This document shows, piece after piece, positions 58,005 through 64,000 of a stretch of 64,000 nt of DNA (its first letter is position 1; the number at the start of each line of letters is the position of its first letter). Source of the DNA: an uncultured bacterium. Its GTDB lineage: Bacteria; Chloroflexota; UBA5177; JANWHV01. The stretch lies in NCBI GenBank assembly GCA_963729625.1, contig CAVSOU010000008.1:864001-928000 (forward strand), in the 5' to 3' direction. Below the pieces are notes generated by a model. The model was not told where the DNA came from. It saw only the letters and a program-made list of their open reading frames with translations, and ran no database searches. The position numbers were made by a program, and so were the translations under genes.

Positions 58005-61000
58005 CTAGTTCGTGACCGAGCTATGCGTCAGCGTAAACCTGCTCTGAGCGCCGCTTGCTAGCGTCACGCCCACGGCGACGCATTCGTCTGCACTGGCGCA
58101 GCTCACGGCTCGCGGCTCTAGTCCTGCCACGTTCAGTGGTTCCGCGATCCAGGAGACACCGCCGTCCTCGCTGTCAAGCACAAAGGCCCCGTCCCCCGAC
58201 CCCCCGCCCCAGGCTCCCACAGCAAAGCAGATCCGGGTATCGGGGCAACTGACCGCTTGCAGCCCCCAGGCGCTCGTCGCCTGTATGCTCCACGTAGCAC
58301 CGGCGTCCGCAGTTCGCAGGATAGAGCGATCTCCAACGGCCACGCAGACGCGCTCGCTTGAACAGCTCACACCGACTGGATTGGTCATGAGGCCGGTATC
58401 TAGCCACCGCTGAGTCCATCTCACGCCACCGTCGTCGCTGGTGAGGATGACACCGTACGCTGGCAACGCGTCCGGAAAACCTGGTGAGTCCGCCATTCCG
58501 CCCACGGCTACACAGGCGCGAGCACTCGCACAGACCACGCCGTTAAGGACGGTGTTGCGATCGACAGTCTGGCGCGTCCAGTGGACCCCACTGTCGCGAC
58601 TGACAAAAATGACCCCTGGCTGTCCCCCAGCGACGCACAACCCTTCGCTCCTGCAACTGACGCTGGCGGCCCCCCACGCGCCAAACCCCGACTGATCCCG
58701 CATCCCAAGCCGTTCAGTCCACGTCATACCGCCATCACTGCTACTCAGGATGATGCCGCCTTTCGACCCGTTACCGGCGGTGACGCACGCACTGTCGCTT
58801 GCGCAATCGACGGCATAGAGTTCAATCGCGCTCGGTACTCCCCTACCGGTCCAGCTGACGCCTCCGTCCGTGCTTGTGAAGACCTCGCCACCGTGACCAC
58901 CATTGCCGACGGCCACGCACCGGCGCGCCGTGGGGCAGCTTATGCCGTGCAGTATTGCGTTCGCCCCCAAGTCACGGCGAGTCCATTTGCTCACCCCATA
59001 GGCGTTGGTCAAGATGGTTCCGTCAGAGCCCACAATTACGCACGCGTTTGCGGCGGCGCACGAGACATCGCTCGGCAAGGAACCCGGGTGCTCCTGGTTC
59101 CAGCTGGCCCCACCATCCATGCTGATTAGGATGCCGCGGGAGTAGACGGCCACGCATGCGGTAGGAGTCGGACAGCTGACGCTGGCTAGATCATCGTTGC
59201 TTATGAGCGGATTGCTGTGGCGAATCCAGCTCACGCCTCCATCGGCGCTGGTCAGAGTAATGCCGCTCGGGCCCACGGCTACGCATGTGACCAGGTTGGA
59301 GCACGTGACACTAGTCAGGCTCTGATTGGGGCCGCGCACCGGACTGATTTGCTGGGTCCATGTGGCGCCACGGTCGACACTCGTCAGCACGGCGTCGCCC
59401 ACAACTACGCACCTGTTCACGTTCGGGCAGCTCACGCTGTCGAGAATCGCATTGTCAGACACCGGACTCGGGCGCTGCGTCCAAGTCGCACCACCGTCAG
59501 CGCTCTCTTCTATTACACCGTGGTCTCCAACAGCCACGCACACGTCTACCGTCGCACAGCTTACCCGGTCGAGCAACGCACCGCGATCACCCGTGGGAGG
59601 AACCGAAGGACGGACGATCCACGTCCTCCCACCGTCGGAGCTTGTGAGAACGCTGGTGCCTTTTCGCCAGGAATCGCCAAGGCCCAGTGCCACGCAGCTG
59701 CCACCGCCTAGGCAGGTAACGCTCACCAGCTGGTCGCCCGTCCCAGACGTTCGATTGATCCACGTAGCGCCGACGTCTGTGCTCTGAAGGATACTACCCC
59801 TTGCGCCCACGGCCACGCAGAGGTCGATCTTCGGGCAGCTCACGCTGTTCAAATCGTATCCCGTGTCAGATGCAGGGTCCGCGCGCGCGATCCACGTTGA
59901 ACCACCGTCCCGGGTGGTCGCGATGGTTCCATCCCCGCCCACAGCCACGCAGAAGCTCTGGCCTGTGCAGCTGATGGCGTTTGGCAGCCAGTGCGACAGC
60001 CCCGAGGCGTGGCTGGCCCAGGTGGCGCCTCCGTCAGAACTGCTGATGAGGGTGCCCTCCCCGCCCACGGCCATGCAGAAGCTCTTGCTCGCGCAGCTCA
60101 CACCGCGCAAATCTTCGCTCGTGCCGGAGTCTCGCGCGGACCACGTCAGGCCGCCGTCCACGCTCATCAGCACGGTGCCGCCGGCGCCAACGGCCACGCA
60201 AGCGCTCTTGCAGTCAACACCATAAAGGGCCGGAGTCGTGTTCGGGCGCGTTCCCCAGGTCGCGCCACCGTCTCCGGTAACGAGCAGCCCGCCGCTATCG
60301 CCCACTACCACGCATATGCCCGTTCCCGAGCAGCTCACGGCATTCAGGGAGGAGCTGGCGTCCGTATTGACTTGTCGCCAGGTGATTCCTCCATTCTCCG
60401 TCGTGTTAACGCGACCGTTCTCCCCCACAGCCATGCAGTACTTCGTGCTCAGGCAACTGACACCTCGTAGGACTGAGTCAAAACTGGACGTCGGCTGCCG
60501 CCAAGTGCTACCGCCATCCGCGCTGACTGCCACGCTGCCTTCGTCGCCGGAGGCACCGACAACGACGCACAAAGCCGGCGCCGCGCAACTGACGCTGTAA
60601 ATGTCCTGACCGGCGGAGAACGCTTCTACGGCAGGATTCACACGGCGCGTCCACGTGGCCCCGTCATCACTACTGACCAGCAGCGTACCGTTCCTGCCCA
60701 CGGCTACGCATTCGGGCGTGGTTGCGCAGCTGACGCCAGCTAGCGGTTCACGCCTCGCCGGCACAGCGTGCCATATCCACGCGGTGTGCAGCGCGGAAAG
60801 CTCGCTGGAGTGCGTGGGTGTAGGTGGCGGCACTGGCGTTCCACCGCCCGTAGAGTTCCCCGGCGTCGCCGTAAGCACCGGGCCGAGCGGGGAGTAGGCA
60901 ACAGGGTGCGAGCCTCCTCCGCCAAGGATTCGCACGATCGCTGTCGCCGCGACGATCAGCACTACAAGGCAGGCAATGACTACTAGACGACGCGAGGGTC

Positions 61001-61220
61001 TTGACAGGGGTTCACGTCTTGTTCGTAGGCTCGGAGATGCCGAGCCGGGTTCGTCCGCGCTCGCAGTCTGCTGGTGGCCGAGACGAGAACTCGGCGTGCT
61101 CTTCTCCGCCGTGCCGCCTTCTGCGCCTAAGGAAGCAGGCAGTGCGGCGCCACACCTGCCACAGAACGCGTGATCTGGCGCGCTATCGAACCCGCACTGC
61201 CCACACCGAGACGTTGGCAT
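58005..61220 (-). CDS. Zinc ribbon + TM + extracellular BNR/Asp-box beta-propeller repeat protein
   Basis: CGQCG...FCGRCG, one TM helix (LVVIACLVVLIVAATAIV), Pro/Thr linker, 21 VSC-x(3-5)-C-xAVG units with about 20 S.DGG.TW boxes. Confidence 0.88.
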   Translation of the reverse strand: MPTSRCGQCGFDSAPDHAFCGRCGAALPASLGAEGGTAEKSTPSSRLGHQQTASADEPGSASPSLRTRREPLSRPSRRLVVIACLVVLIVAATAIVRILGGGGSHPVAYSPLGPVLTATPGNSTGGGTPVPPPTPTHSSELSALHTAWIWHAVPARREPLAGVSCATTPECVAVGRNGTLLVSSDDGATWTRRVNPAVEAFSAGQDIYSVSCAAPALCVVVGASGDEGSVAVSADGGSTWRQPTSSFDSVLRGVSCLSTKYCMAVGENGRVNTTENGGITWRQVNTDASSSLNAVSCSGTGICVVVGDSGGLLVTGDGGATWGTRPNTTPALYGVDCKSACVAVGAGGTVLMSVDGGLTWSARDSGTSEDLRGVSCASKSFCMAVGGEGTLISSSDGGATWASHASGLSHWLPNAISCTGQSFCVAVGGDGTIATTRDGGSTWIARADPASDTGYDLNSVSCPKIDLCVAVGARGSILQSTDVGATWINRTSGTGDQLVSVTCLGGGSCVALGLGDSWRKGTSVLTSSDGGRTWIVRPSVPPTGDRGALLDRVSCATVDVCVAVGDHGVIEESADGGATWTQRPSPVSDNAILDSVSCPNVNRCVVVGDAVLTSVDRGATWTQQISPVRGPNQSLTSVTCSNLVTCVAVGPSGITLTSADGGVSWIRHSNPLISNDDLASVSCPTPTACVAVYSRGILISMDGGASWNQEHPGSLPSDVSCAAANACVIVGSDGTILTNAYGVSKWTRRDLGANAILHGISCPTARRCVAVGNGGHGGEVFTSTDGGVSWTGRGVPSAIELYAVDCASDSACVTAGNGSKGGIILSSSDGGMTWTERLGMRDQSGFGAWGAASVSCRSEGLCVAGGQPGVIFVSRDSGVHWTRQTVDRNTVLNGVVCASARACVAVGGMADSPGFPDALPAYGVILTSDDGGVRWTQRWLDTGLMTNPVGVSCSSERVCVAVGDRSILRTADAGATWSIQATSAWGLQAVSCPDTRICFAVGAWGGGSGDGAFVLDSEDGGVSWIAEPLNVAGLEPRAVSCASADECVAVGVTLASGAQSRFTLTHSSVTN

Positions 61221-61365
61221 CTCTGGGCTCCCCTGGCCCTGCACGAAGGCCCGGCCATAAGCACGCGCATGCTTGATCGCCTCAAAGCCTAGCCGAAACG
61301 GCAGCAGAGAGTAAGGGCCATTCGTCACCGCGATAGCCGCTGAGTACCTCATTCACTGCCTGGGA

Positions 61366-62565
61366 ATGTACGCGATCGGCGGCGATCTTCTTTCCGAACG
61401 CCTATGCGTCAGCCGGTTCGCGACTTGTGGACTCAGTGGGTTCGCGGGCGCTGCTGCGGCAACTGCCCAGCGTCAGCAGCCGTGTGACCGCACTCTGGGA
61501 GGAGACCCTGCGGCCGGGGAGGATCTGGCAGACGAGCCTGCGGAAGCGTCGTGTGCTGAGTCGGCTCCTGCGCCAGCGGCAGGCGAAAGTAACGCGTCAG
61601 CCGCCGCGCCGCACCTGTGCACTGCCAGTAATCTCCCAAATGGGGTGCAGGGCCGGACCAACGAGCTGGTGGTCAGCCGGACCGACCCGGGTGCCGGAGT
61701 GGTCGGCCGTGAGGGCGTCCCGCTCGCGCTCTATCACAAGGTCCACGCCGGCATGGATGGCGGCACGGCGCGCATCATCACCGCGCTCGACGTCACGCCA
61801 GGCGACATCCCCGACGAAGCGCTGCTGGACCGTATCTGCAAAGAGCATGAAGGCACGACCGGCCGGCTGGTGGCCGAAGTAATCGCCGACGCCAAGTTCG
61901 GCACGAATGCCAACTACACGCGGCTGGAAGCGCAGGGCAAGTGCGCCAGCATCCCACCGCATGAGGCCGGCGACCAGCACCGGGCTATCGCCCGGGACCA
62001 GTTCACGTACGACGCCGCGCGGGACCGCTTCGTCTGTCCCCAGGGCCATCCGTTGACGCACCAGGGCACCTCCCATACGGCGAACGCCACCGGATCCGTT
62101 ATCTACCGCGCCTCGCCGAAGACCTGCGGCGGCTGCCCGCTGAAAGCCGCCTGCTGCGGCGACGCACAGGCGCGCACCATTTCCCGACCGGACGATGGCG
62201 GGCTCTCCGATCGGGTCCGCGCCTACCTGGCCACCCCAGTGGCCAAACACAGCGTCCGCCAACGGCTCTACTGGGCGGAGCCACCGATAGCCGAACTGAA
62301 GGAGCGGCACGGGTTACGGCGGGCACAAGGTCGCGGGCGCGCCGCCGTGTTGATCCAGACCTTGGGTGCCGCGATGGCTTACAACATCAAGAAGCTGGCC
62401 TGACGTTGCCGCTGGCAGCCCCAGGAAACGGCCCTGGCCTAGCGGCCAGAGCCCAAGGCCGGCCATCGGCCATCGTACCGCAGCCTGAGGCCGTGTTTCC
62501 ACCAAGCAGTCTGTATCCTGCTGAGCACCCTTGCCAGCCTGCTCCCGCGAGTTCGGCAACACGCT
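61366..62565 (+). mobile_element. Truncated IS1182-family insertion sequence (transposase C-terminal part, frameshifted)
   Basis: SRTDP, ADAKFG, FTYD...FVCPQG, CGGCPLK..C, ELKERHGLRRA..RG, AYNIKKL. Probable right end ...GAGTTCGGCAACACGCT. The N-terminal half and left end are absent. Confidence 0.85.
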
Positions 62566-62913
62566 GACTGGAAGCATTTAGTGGTGTGAGGCCCTCGTTG
62601 ACTAGAGGCAATTCGACCAGATTCGTAGGATCTTGCCCATATCTTCCCCCGAGATTCAGGGTCCGACCTAAACAGCTTCTTCAGCCTGGCGCTGGTTGGC
62701 TCGCCCGCATATCCCTCCGTCGCTGTCTTCACGCCCCGAACTGAACGATCGCTCTTGCAGCCGTACCCGTCGCTCCAAATCTTGCGCATGCCATTCGGCG
62801 AGTAGGTGGTCTGCTGCTCGACCGCCGCACGGTCCTTTTCCGCCACCAACGGCGAACAGCATAACAGCCGAGCATTAGGCGGGCATTAGGCGGACCGGCG
62901 AACGTGCGACGCG

Positions 62914-63819
62914 CTAGCCCTGCCATCCGTCGCCGAGTCGCAGTCGCAAGTCGTCGTCAGATAGGCCGGCAGCGCGGTCACCTCGTTGGAGCCCAACCGC
63001 AGACTCCACCGGCCAGCCGCTCGCTTCCGCCAGCCACGCTGCACTCACGCTCCCGCTGCGTACCACATGTAGCGCCGGCGCTTCGTCCAGGAGCGGCAGG
63101 CGGATTCGCGTGTGATCGCTGAACGCTCCAGCCGACTCCATGCGTGCGTCATGGGCGACGAAATCGAAGGGCACCTGCTCTCGCATGGACGCCCAGTCGG
63201 CAAGTGCATGCAGGGAGTAGAATGGTCGGTTCCGCGCGTCGCTCAACGGAAGCACGCGGTACAGCGCTCCCCTTGCTCCACCAGCTGCGAGCAACTCCGC
63301 CAAGAGCGTCCAGGCAATATCGTGCATCCACAGGAAGGCGGCGTGAGGTGCCGCCCCGGCGATATCGATCGGCATATGATTGGCGCCAACCTCTTGATAT
63401 GGAGTCGTGGCCGAGCCACACGGACCGTGGCTCGGCACTGCAGCCTGACCCAGGGGTGCGACTACCTCGAGCGGCGCCGAGACGCTGGCATAGAGCTCGA
63501 CCAGCCGCTCGGGTAGACGGAAGGCTGGATGCACCAGTGAAACGTCGATCAGTGGAATGGCGGCTCGAGGAGACGCGAGAAACACCGGTATCCGTGGGTA
63601 TGCCCGCAGAGTGGCGGACTTCCCACCGCGCCCGCCCGCTTCGCGAGCCAGCTCGTGCGACGCTCTGCCCAGCACGTGAAAAACGCCGGAATAAAAGGCT
63701 GACGACCGGCCAGATGCCAGCTCGCGCGCCACAACGCCGAGATGCCGGATGTCATTCAGCCAGTACACCGGCAGGCGCCGCGCCCCCACGGTCAGCCATT
63801 CCGGCGGGGTCATTTGCAT
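62914..63819 (-). CDS. Hypothetical protein, possibly a divergent YrdC/Sua5 fold
   Basis: 301-aa ORF with a globular composition. C-terminal FDFVAHD...SDHTRIRL...VVRSGSVS echoes the YrdC 'D.++D...STV+DL...+R.G.+'. Confidence 0.6.
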   Translation of the reverse strand: MQMTPPEWLTVGARRLPVYWLNDIRHLGVVARELASGRSSAFYSGVFHVLGRASHELAREAGGRGGKSATLRAYPRIPVFLASPRAAIPLIDVSLVHPAFRLPERLVELYASVSAPLEVVAPLGQAAVPSHGPCGSATTPYQEVGANHMPIDIAGAAPHAAFLWMHDIAWTLLAELLAAGGARGALYRVLPLSDARNRPFYSLHALADWASMREQVPFDFVAHDARMESAGAFSDHTRIRLPLLDEAPALHVVRSGSVSAAWLAEASGWPVESAVGLQRGDRAAGLSDDDLRLRLGDGWQG

Positions 63820-64000
63820 GCGGTTCTCGCTTCCAACACGCGACCTTCGCGCCTCGGCGAGGGATCAACGGACCAAGTAGGTGGCACCGCTAGCACAGAT
63901 GAGTCTGCATGATGCCGAGGCAGCACGTTACTGCGGGCCCTGTCACGATCGAGCATGCGTGCTCATCCGTGTGTGAATGTCGACCTACCGAGACAGCCCC

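Noticed and set aside
62439-62849. 136-aa minus-strand ORF
   Set aside because: It reads into the IS right end and has no RBS or motif. Possibly a fragment, but not supportable.
62872-62893. 11-bp tandem repeat GCATTAGGCGG x2
   Set aside because: Only two copies, compatible with a chance slippage duplication.
1-64000. CRISPR array, rRNA, tmRNA, RNase P or SRP RNA
   Set aside because: By eye I found no regularly spaced direct repeats and no signature motifs (GAGGAAAGTCC, TCAGGTCCGGAAGGAAGCAGC, tmRNA ends).

Overview
GC-rich bacterial chromosomal window, most likely Chloroflexota. This is inferred from the C-terminal 'YFASTHH/YFAQTRH...FLxxW...G.PISE' repeats in a secreted protein, a FemAB-like gene and the overall gene set. 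Positions 1-56,113 are mostly core genome: ahbC, rho, sucC, coaE, greA, comEC, rph, yigZ, lon, miaB, a PrsA-like foldase, a cobamide salvage locus (cobS, cobU-cobT fusion, btuFCD) under two duplicated promoter+cobalamin riboswitch cassettes, a Rieske/split cytochrome b/di-heme c complex, cell-envelope genes and tRNA-Gly(CCC). Downstream of the tRNA is a decaying accessory region with a Ser/Thr kinase pseudogene, a 21-blade Cys-paired Asp-box propeller protein, an IS1182 remnant and a divergent YrdC-like gene. The best candidate for an undescribed system is a five-gene operon at 41.9-47.0 kb: vWA, ZnR-FHA, ZnR-PP2C and two coiled-coil-ZnR paralogs. Its members share a CxxC-x(10-15)-CxxCG zinc ribbon with the kinase pseudogene and the membrane-anchored propeller protein about 10-14 kb away. 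All calls come from reading motifs by eye; no database searches were run, and start codons are best guesses from RBS and motif position.
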